In this document: piece by piece, positions 10,790 through 22,976 of the stretch
How positions within the stretch are numbered: position 1 is the stretch's first letter
Layout of the letters: the number at the start of each line of letters is the position of its first letter
NCBI GenBank assembly: GCA_050084515.1
Contig: CM114271.1
Coordinates: 26,784,001 to 26,848,000 of the forward strand
Source of the DNA: Blasia pusilla
Lineage: Eukaryota
Length of the DNA stretch: 64,000 nt
Reading direction: 5' to 3'
Translations under genes and position numbers: made by a program
Notes under the pieces: model-generated
Database searches by the model: none
The model's input: only the letters and a program-made list of their open reading frames with translations
Told to the model about the DNA's origin: nothing

Positions 10790-13700
10790 ATGGCTGCGGC
10801 GCGGTTGGCGAGGGCCTCGATGGCCTCCCTGCCTCCCGCCCTGTGCGTCTCCTCCACCTGCAGTAATCTCTTCGCCCTGGGATCTCGCCTCCCGCAGTGG
10901 CGCGTTGCAGCGCTTTCTCGCTCCTGCGCAGCGACTGGAGGCCCAGGGTCTGCTGCACCATGTCCTCCATCCCACCCTCCCACGGGGAGAAGAAAGCAGC
11001 GCAGGGATTTAACCGCGAGGATTTTGACTCAGAAAAGCGATGGCAGCAGCGCGACGACGGAGAGCAGTGGCAGTGGAGTTGAGTACGAGGCCGTCATCGG
11101 CATCGAAACTCACGTTCAGTTGGCTACAAGCACCAAGGCATTCTGCTCCTGTCCATCGCAGTACGGGTCGGAGCCTAATGCGAATGTGTGCCCGGTGTGT
11201 ATGGGGCTGCCGGGGTGTCTGCCTGTGTTGAATGAGCGAGTGGTGGAGTTTGGAGTGAAGCTTGGGCTCGCACTCCATTCTGAAATTGCGCTAAAATCCA
11301 AGTTCGACAGGAAGCAGTACTTCTATCCGGATCTTCCCAAGGGTTACCAGATCTCGCAGTTCGATATTCCCATAGCCAGCCATGGATTCGTGGAAGTGGA
11401 CCTGCCGGTGGAGTTCGGGGGAGGACACAAGAGGTTTGGTATAACCCGAGTGCACATGGAGGAAGATGCAGGGAAATTGATCCATGCTGGTGCGGATCAA
11501 CTCTCTGGCTCCTCTCACTCACAGGTGTCTCACTTGAATTCATCGTGCGATGGGATGGGTGAATCCCGCACTTGTTTGCTTTCTGCATCGCTCTCTGCAG
11601 ATGTCGCTTCAGCCTCAAAGCCTTCGTTCGTAGCTTCTTGCACAGAGTGCGGACATGGATTTCAAAACTGCCCATTCTTTTCCAGAGAGTGACGAGTACG
11701 ACTTCCGATCTCACAGTAGCTTGTGGCACAGCGTGCAGCCTTTGATTTTTTTCTAAACCGCCCATTCTTTCCGAGGGAGTGGCAGGATCAATCTCACGGT
11801 AGATCGTTGCACCGCGTTCAGCCATTGATTCAAAACTGCCCAGCCTTGTCGAGGGAGTGATAGGAGTTCCGTCGATCTCACATTACCTTCTTGCACAAAG
11901 CGCAGACATTGCTTTCTAAACTGTCCATTCCTTTTGAGGGAGTGGCAGGACTGCTGTCGATCTCCCGGGCAAATAAGTGAAGGCATTTTGTTGTTTCTGT
12001 TGCTCGCAGGTGGATTTGAACAGAGCGGGAGTGCCTCTGTTGGAAATTGTTTCAGAGCCCGACATGCGGACAGGCCTGGAAGCTGCTGAGTATGCTGCAG
12101 AGCTTCAACGTACCGTGCGCTACTTGGGAGTAGGCAATGGCAACATGCAGGAGGGCTCTATGAGATGTGATGTCAATATTTCAGTGAGGCCGAAGGGACA
12201 GGCCAAATTTGGTACGAAGGTTGTTCACAAATCTTCACCTGTACTTTCAGGCCACTAGTGAACAAATTCGAATTCCAGAAGATGTGCAATATTAGAGGGT
12301 TCCCAGAGAGTCTAAGAAACGAAGTGTACCAACTCCACAGATTCTATTGTGTCATCATGCTAGTAAGGTCTACTAGCTGCTTCTCAATCGAGTAAGCGTT
12401 CTAGTTTTTGAGGAGAAAGAGTTCAAGCTGTGTGGATTCTGTGGCTCAGTCCCCAGTAGGTCAAGTTGGCTAAGTATTCTTTTTCCCAGCATTGTGAGTG
12501 AGCGTTTTGGATATTCTTCAGGGCTTCTCAGAAGGAAGTTTTAGTCAAATGTGCAGTTCATGACTCACTTTTGGCAAAGGGTGGCCACTATTTTTGCTTG
12601 ATGGAAGGTCGTCGAATTGAATGTGCCAACCAGGTGGAAATAAAAAATATGAACTCCTTCTCTGCAATGCAACGAGCAATAGAATTTGAATTTGCCAGGC
12701 AAACTGGTCTTCTTGAAGAAGGTGAAGGTGATAAAATAGTGCAAGAGACAAGGCTGTGGGAAGAGGGTGCGCAGGTATGCTTTCCAACCATTTGCTGTAG
12801 CAGTGAGGGTTGAATTTTTTTCACTTTCTTTGCGAAACGGCTAGATTTGAATGTATTGCCTCATCAGTGAGTTATTGTATGGCTCATTTTCCGCAAGGTC
12901 CAGAGTGTTCCTCGTTTGTATAGATACAACGAGGACTACTCAATCAAGGCGTTTGCCTTTGCAAATGAAGCATAAGGTACTTGGAAGGTGGATTGTCCTG
13001 AGAATGGATCCTCTCAATCGCGAGCTAATTGTGATATGCTGCATCGTACAGCGAACTGTTACAATGCGGAAGAAAGAGGGGCTTGCAGACTATCGCTATT
13101 TCCCTGAACCAGATCTACCTGAAGTAATATTGACAGAGGAGTACATTGATTCTATCAAAGCAACTTTACCAGAACTACCAAATGAAAAGCGACGACGGTA
13201 TGAAAACATGGGTCTCAGCATGCAGGACGTACTTGTGCTCACTAACGATAGCGATGTAAGTTGGTTTGCAATTCATTTTCGTTTAGGAAGTGATTCATGG
13301 CAGAAAATTCCAATCTGGTAATCTTTTGTGTGTAAGATACGCATGCCCTGATAGATTTCTTGAGTGTTCTGGTCACACAGTAAGCCAAAGATCCTTGCAT
13401 TGCTTTCTTCTGCAGGTTGCGGCCTTTTTTGATGCTGTTCTAGAAAAAGGATGTGAAGTGAAAATGGCTGCAAACTGGATAATGGGCGATATTGCAGCAT
13501 ACCTGAAAAATGAGAAGCTTTCGATCACAGAAATAAAGTTATCTCCGTCAACTTTAGCAGAGCTCATAGGTCTTATCAAGGATGGAACCATTAGTGGGAA
13601 AATTGCAAAGGAGGTGAGATGGATCCTTGTGTGGGGGATAATTGAAATTGAGCTTGTCATAGGAGAGGTTGATATTGTGGATATTTTTTATTCTGAGGAA

Positions 13701-15287
13701 ATATTATGTGATTCGGATGTTCTTTGCTAATTTACTACTGTACTACTAGACTCTGTTGGCTGTTTCAATTACAGTAATCTTGGGGTGCTGTTCTTGTGTG
13801 GTACCAGATCCTTCCAGAGCTTCTTGAAAAAGGAGAAACTGCAAAGCAAGTCATAGATAAACGAGGCCTCAGTCAGGTAACTATTGGTCCAGAGTTGCGT
13901 CTTTCCTCTTTTAAGATTCACCCCCAGTCGTTATAAACTGATCTTTATCTTGCATGTATATCATATTTATCTGCTTGGATAGAAGAATGTCAAGACTACA
14001 ATGCAGTCATGTTCGTACTTGACCTGGTGGTTGAAGATTCCTGAAAGAGAGTTGCCCTGATCATAATGTAAAGCTAACTCCAAAAGAAAGATACAGTGCC
14101 TTTCCCACAGCTACATCCGGGGTGTTATAAACCGGTAGTTCAACACCAGTGGTACTGGTTACTATCTTGGATAGCATTTTCCTAGGTTTTGGTAGGACGT
14201 GAATACTCTATATTTATGTCACAAATGCTGGATACAAGATGAGAATTGTCATTTCTCATGCAGATTTCAGACATTGCGGCAATAGAAAAAATGATCGAGG
14301 AGGTCTTGATGAAGAATGTAAGCCAAGTTGAGGCTTACCGAGGTGGCAAAACGAAGTTGCAAGGGTTCTTTGTTGGCCAGGTAATATTCTGATCGAATCC
14401 TTATCAACCACTTTATCCTAGGTAGTTACCTGATACTGATGATGTCAAGAGAGAATGGATGAATTGATTTTTTGTCCACAGGGACTCAGGACAGCAATGG
14501 GACTTGAAATTGCGATGTTTGCGCCATGAAAGCATGTCAGAGTAACGAAGACAGGTATTAGGAATTGAAGGTAGCCGTTAAGAAATTAACTAAGCCAGGA
14601 CGGAGAGTTTCGGAAGGGCATGAGATTACATCAAGAGACAATTTGCTTGGAAACTAGCCAAGGCCTTAAACTTTGAAAGAAAAAAGTCCTTCATGTGGAG
14701 GCTAAGCTAGAAGTTTGAAAAGGCGGTTGTAAAATATGCTTCTGGGTTAATACTTGGAAAATAAACAAGGCCTCAACCTCAAAATAGTGCTTCCCTGGGA
14801 GTAGAAATATGGTCCTGAATGGGTGCGTGAGGGATGCAATTCCAAGACAAGTACAAGATCCCAAAAGCCAGGAAGTCTCCTTGCAGACTAGAAATCATAT
14901 CCAATCAATGAATCTTCTTGAAGTGATCAACCAGCTGCCCAAACAAATACATTGGCAGCTTTAAGAGGAAAAGTTTGTTTCACTGTAGTCTGCGAACTAG
15001 AAATAAGTCTCGAAGACTGAACAATGAAACTGAAGCTTGAGGAAGAGGATTTTCTTTGTTGAGGTTAATGGATCAGGATGGACGAGGCTTGCACGCCGGG
15101 TACTGCACCGCACATGCCGAACAGAGTACTAGGGATTAAAAGTGATGCTTGGAGCCAGGAGAGGACACTTACTGAATTTGTTAATCACTGCCATGTGTAG
15201 GTAATGAAGGCTTCAGGAGGAAGGGTTAATCCAGCTTTGATGAACAAGATACTTCTAGAGAAGTTGAATGCAGGGACAACAAATTAG
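10790..15287 (+). CDS. GATB: Glutamyl-tRNA(Gln) amidotransferase subunit B, chloroplast/mitochondrial precursor (8 exons, 586 aa)
   Basis: Exons 10790-11524, 12010-12219, 12634-12774, 13052-13255, 13416-13613, 13808-13876, 14264-14380 and 15201-15287; all introns GT-AG, spliced frame open to TAG. Motifs: [97 protein letters not shown]. The N-terminal ~85 aa are Ser/Ala/Arg-rich, like a transit peptide. Confidence 0.97.
11630..11967 (+). repeat. ~84-bp tandem repeat (4 units) in gatB intron 1
   Basis: Units start near 11630, 11716, 11798 and 11883. Shared core: TTGCAC..AAACTGCCCATTC..GAGGGAGTG..CGATCTCAC. Confidence 0.85.
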
Positions 15288-18200
15288 GATGTCAAAGGGA
15301 TGCTCAAACTCAATCTGTACAATATTACTCGGCCCCTGCCTTGCAGTCAAGCTTCTGCACAAGGATTTTGGTGGTAACATGTTCATGCCTCTAAGAAGTT
15401 ATTGAATGACGTGCTGTTGCACATGTAACTGATTGACTTCACAAGTTAGCTGTTTGCTCTCAAAAGATACTGGGAGGAAGTTTGGAAGGAGGCACAGAAC
15501 CTTGCCACCCACGGGGCACACTGTTTTTGAACAGAATTTCGAACTTCTCAGTTTCCTTTCTACAACCCCAGTTTTCTCCTTCCTAGAACCAGGGTTCCCA
15601 ATTTCAGGGGTTTCCGCAACAAAATTCCTCGATTCGCAAACGTCCCAACTTGTATTCTCCTCACCTTATTCCTGAGATGCTGAAACTTAGCTTCTTCGAA
15701 AATTGACAGTCTCATGGAAGCAAGCAGGAAGACCTCGAGAATCTTCTAGGGCGGATGTTTGATTTCTTCTGGCATAGAATCAAACAATCTAGCCGTGGAA
15801 CACTGATGTCAAAACTATTGTACAAGTTCGCATAAGGGTTGAAGGCACTTATTTTGACTAGTAACTCCCACCACGATTCAATTGCATATTTTTTCTTTCA
15901 CCCTCATTCAGTCTCAAACTATTGACGGCCTAGACCACTGTTGCAGCCATACTAACAAGACGCCAGCAAACCGAGCTACTTATCGGACAGCCAACTCTTT
16001 ATTGTGCATGTGAAAGCCCACCCTTCTAGAAAACCGGTATGAAGTATCATCCCCTGGAGAGATACCCATGGTCTCTACTCTCCTTATGGCACCCCTCACT
16101 AAGTTCCACTCTCCTAGAGATGAAACCCAAATTTCTTAAGCTTGAAAGACAGGAGGGCTATCCTCAAGGATATGCACACCAAGCTAAACTGCCCCAAAGG
16201 GTCATAAGCCCTTTCCAATGGATCATATGTATGTTCTATGTTTCAACGGCTGAAGATGAGGGTGCTATTCGTTGGATAAGGGTAACGTTGTCACCTCAGG
16301 AATAAAGATCCAGAACCAAAATTTGGCAATAGTGAGACCACTGTGCACTATCGAACAGAACAGTAGGAATATTCTATTACCTTCGGATAAAGATCGGATC
16401 AGTATCAAATCTTTCGAGTAGCGAGGCAATGGGGTCAATCTTAAGAACCTCCACACGGAATAGAGAGCAAAAGTACGAGATCCAGTAAGCTAAGATGTAT
16501 TCACAAGACATTCACTTTAGTCGTGTCATCCACGTACCACTCTCAAATATCGTCCCAAAACTTCAAAGATGCGCACGGAACAACCAAACAGAGTGTAGGC
16601 ACATGTTACGAAAGTCGATCTCTTAGGATCAGGACAAGATGAGGTCTTAACACTCACCCGGGAGATGGGAGCCTAACGTTTTCAACATAGTTCTTTGGAT
16701 GGATTCAGGAGACGGTAAACACGCTACATGAACTCGAAAACTTCTGTTATTAATTGATTGTAAAAGAAACATAACCGTTTATATATATTTTTAAATGAAG
16801 CCAAATCAAATAGTCACACAGATTCTAAGCTTAGTTGCCACAAATTAGTCAAAGCTCCCAAAGGAACCGGTTTTTGTTCCGGGAGCAAGTTAACACGAAG
16901 CTCGTCACGAAGTTACTGCAATTTAGATTCCACTCATGCATTCCACGAGTTGACGAGCTCCACCTGTTTGTAAGCTCATGATGGCTAAATATCACAAGCG
17001 GTACTCGTTTTAAACCTCTTGAGGGTTTTAAAGGATCTCAAGGGACATGTGCATTGCAAAAGTAATTTGCGTTGTATCGGTGCAGTTAATGATGTCCTAT
17101 CTGCTATCCAAATTGGGAGGGACTTGTGATATGGTCGGATCGAGAGGAAGAAGACGCAGAACCCACTTTAAAGCCGGATAAGTTGATGGCAGTAAAACTC
17201 TCGTTGACAGCAGTGGCATTGAAGAGCACATCGAGGTTCCAGATCTCGTTAAACGATGTCATATTCACTGGAGATGATTGCATGCTCTCCTTATGCAGCG
17301 TCCCACAGCCACAGAGACGAAGCATGGATACGACACCGCCTCTGAAAATTTTCATCTGTCAGAAATTCTCATGAGTTCTTGACAATCATGTGTTTAGCGC
17401 GGACCTAAGGAAAACCAAAATGTCCAACGAGAGGGAGATAGTCACGATTTATTGTGGAGATCTCAGTGCGAAATGAAAGTATCATGCGGTCACCACCGGA
17501 CAAACGCGGAAGAACTGTTGTACGGGGATTCCCGAAGCCTACCTTTTCCGTAGCCGACTAGATGGGCTCGAAATGAGGAATGCATTCACTAATTTTTTGG
17601 GAAAGCGAATGTAGAGACTTTCCCATGCGCTAAGTTCAGAACACGTTTGCTCCCTCGTCACCACCAGAAATCTGACAGACTCTTAATTTGGGTAGAGGAC
17701 TTGCCGATCATGTTGAGGACTCCCCAGTATGATTGGCATAGGAAATGACGTGAATCTGTCATGCAATGATCACAGGTGGTACCGAGACTTTCTGACCTTA
17801 CTGATCAACCCGGAGATGGTGAGAATTCAGAATTCCAGATGGAAAAGGTAAATAACATTCACCCGTTTTAGAAGTGATGACGAGGTGATCAGCACTGTGC
17901 CTGACGTTTGACCTCCGAGTGAAAAAGTGCGCTCAAAGCAGTTTCTACTGCATCGCGGAAAGTCAAAGTTGCGGCATGTCGACGTGCTTTCAGTTACGAA
18001 TCGCAACAGTCCTGTCCAAAATAGTATACAAGATACCACCGTGTTCACGTCGGAGCTTACAACAGATAAGACCGTGAGATTCCATTCGAAATTGTGTGTA
18101 GACTCATCCAGCGTAGGTTTTCTTAAGTCGCCCGTGCTTACCGGTACGAGCTTGCGTACAAACAAATCTGTTTCAAGAACCAGATCACTCCACCCCACCC

Positions 18201-19970
18201 TACCAGACACAGCGCACGGCCGTTCCTTTTCTTCTCAGCTCCAGGAAGAAAGTAGAGTACGAAGGAAGACCTTTCAATCAACGTCGTGTATCTCTCTTTC
18301 GGCCAGCGTACACTCCTTTCAAGTGGGCTGTCCAAATTAGGGGAATGCACTGGTCACACGGATTCGCACCTGAACTCACTCTAAGATATTCCAGCTGTAC
18401 CACATATGATAGGTTACAGAACTCAATGTGATCATCGAGCGTGGTTCATTTGCGTAGTAACGCCGGTGCTAACAATTTCATCTGATATGCGTCTGATACA
18501 AATAAGTGCTAAGGATGCCATTCAGTTTAGTCGTCAAATTGTGACGCCGGTGCGATACACGGCAATCGGAAACAAGGGATAGGTCTCTCCCTCTTTACGG
18601 CACCTCCCCCCTCGCAACACAAGTCTTTTCCACTGAACCAGACCAAGATAAGTGCAGACTTCTTACATCCCATCCCTTGCCATTCAGACCTGGATAGCAA
18701 AACCGGATAGTGCGTACGTGCTGCAGTTTTGTGGAAAACTAGAGCACATAAAGATCCTTGCGTAAAACCTACGAATCCACAATAGTAAGGATCCTGGAGG
18801 AGAAATTACAATCCCACCATGAAACACCATGACACGATCTGCTTGCTTTTACGAGTTACGTACGCTAACTCCAGCAGGTACGCTAACTCCAGCAGGGTAG
18901 GACAATTCAAGATACTTCCGGCAGTGCCAGCACTTACACCGGAATCAGTTCTGCGGAGAGCGATGCGTTACCACCCTCTCATTCATAAGCCATGCTGAAG
19001 GGAATCCACCAACCGGATGCTACAAATTTGGAGAGTCTCATTAGTAGTAGGAAGAGTAGAACAAGTGCCGGACCCCATATGACCAGGGTAATAATGAACT
19101 GCAGGCACAAGAGATGAATGAAAAAGAGCCTCTCGAACCGGTGCCGAAATTAGATTCTCGAAAAGATGAGCCATGTGCGATCCACAGGCTGTAAATTCGC
19201 CAAGTAGGGAGACACGACATGTTTGCGGGCTTTCTGGCTCGTAGGTACATGGAGGCATGCGATAGGGAGATAAAGGATTTGTGATGCTTGCGCCACAGGA
19301 GTGGAGATGACGGAAGTGGAAAAATTCCAGTTAAGGAGAGAGAGAGAGAGAGAGCGTAGGCGGAGATTAAACAAAGCTAGTGAGTGGCGCCGGAGCTGGC
19401 GAGGGCAAAAGGTGCACAGTGGTAGGTCCAATCGAAGAGAGAAACTGAGGATGAAAGGCATGGGGAGTCGAGACGCATTTGGAATGTAGCATAGCCGTCC
19501 TCGACAGCTTGATTTTTCGCCTACTCCAAGGCCGATTTCCTTTCCAAGAGTCCTCCCTTTTCACGACCGAATACAATACTCCGACCTCGATCCACCGCTG
19601 TCGTCACAAGCGGACCAAAAGTCGGATCGTGAAGAAGAACAAGAACAAGAAGATGAAGACGATGACGATCAGCGTCTTCTTTTGGGGTTTCTTTGTCAAG
19701 AGCCTACTAGAGCGCCAGCATCGGGACGCACTCCACCATTCGAGAACGGTATCCCATGCGGACTGGAATCCATAGGCACCAATTGCCAATGGCTAGACCC
19801 GCCGCACCTGATCTACATTCAAACCGTTCAAAGATCGTGTCCTCTTTGCCATACCAGCTAGACAAAAGGTAACATAGCATTTGGAAGTTCATACTTTCTT
19901 CTGAAAGAAGAAAAGGTCACCCACTAGGATTTCTTGCAAATGGGGATGGGAATCCAATAGGAATAAATCA

Positions 19971-20181
19971 TCTATATTATCACGGGATAGGATAGTGTCT
20001 TCTTGATTTGCAAACACTCCTAACTCATGCTAACTAGGGTAGTATGAAAATGATCCTCCTTATATTGCAAATTTATTTTTTGAATTTGTGTGTAGCATCA
20101 TTAATCTTTTCTCTTCACACAGGTTATGTTCTAATAGAAGCTCTTCAAATTTATTTTTTTATTTCCCGTGCACTTTACTAG
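19971..20181 (+). mobile_element. Putative short non-autonomous Helitron
   Basis: Starts A|TCTATATTAT and ends CCCGTGCACTTTACTAG|T (A/T target, no TSD). Related 5' ends occur at 22074 (shares TTCTTGATTTGCAAACAC) and, more diverged, at 24771. The 3' hairpin is decayed. Confidence 0.45.
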
Positions 20182-22748
20182 TACGAATAATGATCATATG
20201 TGAGTGAACCCCATGCATAAGCACAAATCTTCCATGCTTGTCCACTTTACAACACCATTACTTAAGAGCCTAGATCCATGCAGATATTCTTAATGGCTCG
20301 CATACTTTATTTCTTCACACCTTGACATGTTCAAGCTCATGTATTAGTAGATATTTGTACTAAATCTTACGTAAACAAACATCTATACACACAAAATCCA
20401 CTCCAATCTTAACAAGTGTGAACTATTTTTTAAGGACTTTCAAGGAGGACTACACTTATGTGGGAATAGAAGTACACAAAAAGTAACCCCCTCCCCTTCT
20501 CCTCTTATTACAATATAGATGACGTGATAATTATTTTTCAAATATTCTAAAATGTTAAAAGAGAAAGAAGATATATAAGTCTTGTCTCGATGTACATGAT
20601 TTTCAGGAAAAAACAGAATTCTTTTTTCTTGGAGGATTCGCGGGTAATAGAGACATTCTACGAAAGTGACAAGTTATTTCTACTACTTCAATAATCTTAT
20701 TAGCAATCAAGAAGATAGGAGTTACAATGCAAATAAAATCTTTTCTAAAAATTTAATTTCTTTTCAAAAAAGAAATAGGAATTATCAAAAGAAAAGAAAA
20801 CAAGTTTGACGGTGTATATTCCTAGGTCACTAGTTCATCTATTTTAAATTTGAAGGTAGCAAGGTTATTTATTATAGAAATAATATTTAAAAATATGTAA
20901 AGCTTCATAATGAAATAATGAAGTATCTTCCATTTCATAGGCTTTTGAGGTTTTTTCTTTTTTAATGAAATATTGTAAAATTGGATAAGCATCTACTATG
21001 CTAACCTTTATAATCGGGCACCAAAGCACAATTACTCATGTAGATAAATATAAGATTTTCCATAGCCTTTCCTCGCGTCACTTTGGCAATAAGAAATAGT
21101 TTCTTACAATAAGAAAATTTGCTAAGATGAGGATGACCTCAAAGCTTGCCCAAAATTCATTATGTAAGTGGCATTCATGCTAATTATGGTATGTTTGAAT
21201 GGAATACCTAGGGATTTAATACATGATGCTATCAATTAATCACCAAGATCATTAGGAAGCATATTTCTTCCTCTTTCCAACCATACGAATTTAAGTTCAG
21301 ATATTTGTATCATAGAAAAATTCAAATAAAACTCACATGTGTGGATGTTGGGATTTCTACTTCACTCACTACATGGAATTAAAATTTCACCTTCAAATCA
21401 CTTTGTACTACTTTTTACGAAACTTAAGGAATCTTACAATGTTTATACTAAGGTATGTATGTGCATGTGTTATGCATGCTATGTACAAGGCAAAACAATT
21501 CCACTCTATAGTCTCTCTTGCTAAAATATTTCTTACGTACATTTTTTTTCTACTTTCTTGACAGAGACTTCACAATAAATTTAAACGTGAAATATGTTGA
21601 AACTTGGGGATTTAATAGAAAAAACATAGAAACCCCTAATTTTTTGAAAATTTCAAATTTTGGGACGGAGATCCGATACGAACTAGTGTGGTCCCCTCCC
21701 AATGCAAGGTAAAATGGAGGTAGTGGAGGATACTCGACATAAAATCTTGCAAAATTTTAGATTCAATGTGATAGAGAGAGCAAGGATAGAAATCCAATTT
21801 CATTTGGGATCGATAAACTACAAAATAAGGGATTTTTGAGAACCCCTATGACATAATGTAGGAGAGATAGTGAATTCTTTACTACCAACGTAAAAAATTG
21901 ATGCACGGGTTTTAGTTACCTCACATAATTAATTCTCAAAATTTTCAAATGTCATTTTAAATTAATTGCGAACAAGGTTAGTGGCTCATAAAGCAAATGA
22001 TCCTATTGGCTCAACGTGCGAAGTGTCAAGAGGAGAGGAGCTTCCAAAATGAAAGGGCACTATACAATAATAATCTATCTTTATTATTATTGGAGAGTAT
22101 TTTCTTGATTTGCAAACACCTCTCTGTTTGACATGTGGCAACTAGGCAACAAGAAAATATTTCCTACTCTACGAGCAACAAGGGAAAAAAAAAACTTGTG
22201 TGCACCATGATTAGTCCCTACACTCTTGTACATATTATGGGGAAATGGATTTATACAATCCCTCTTCTTGCTTTGTTTCCTCTCCTTTGCTTCAAAGGAG
22301 GAAGTTGAGAAGAAGGAGCAAGGAAAGAAGTTAAGAAATGACTAACATAGAGGGGGAAAGGATTTTTTCTTGTTTTTTTTATTTCATGTATTGTCCCTAG
22401 TATTGTGGGGAGTTAAGAGTGAAATCCACATAGATTGGTTAGATGAGCATAAGGGAAACTTGTATAGGCCGAAATAAACACTCCTTTTCAAAATTCAAAA
22501 GAAATAGTGGATCGTGAAGAAAATAATAACAGCCCTCACTACTAGGTAGTAATAAATTTTAGTGCAGGTTTGGGGGAATGGATTCGGAGTGCAAATGATT
22601 TTCAATCCTCCTTGTTCTCCTAACCATGAATATGAATCTAATAAAAACAAACTCACTCTTCCGTGTTAATTAATTTCTCACTCCTACCTGTTGCTCACTT
22701 TAGGAGGAGTGAGAATGTCGTGTTCTCCTCCCGTGCTTCCCCTTACTT

Positions 22749-22976
22749 CTTATATCTCCAAAGGCAAAACGTTGTGGCATACTTGTCTCCTTACTCCTTA
22801 TATCTCCAAACCCAAAACCATGGTCTCCTTACTCCTTTTTCTCTCTACCCCTTATATCTCCAAACCCAAAACCATGGTCTCCTTATTCCTTATTCTCTCT
22901 ACCCCTTATATCTCCAAACCCAAAACCATGGTCTCCTTATTCTCTCTACTCCTTTTATCTTCAAACCCAAAACCAT
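22749..22976 (+). repeat. 47-54-bp tandem repeat (about 4.5 units)
   Basis: CTTATATCTCCAAACCCAAAACCATGGTCTCCTTA at 22797, 22851 and 22905, with degenerate copies at 22749 and 22952. Confidence 0.9.

Noticed and set aside
10283-10983. Antisense ORFs over gatB exon 1 and the upstream array
   Set aside because: Shadow ORFs of GC-rich coding and repeat sequence, with no domain signal.
19604-19789. Small membrane-protein ORF
   Set aside because: The hydrophobic stretch comes from a GAA/GAC-type microsatellite, and there is no other support.
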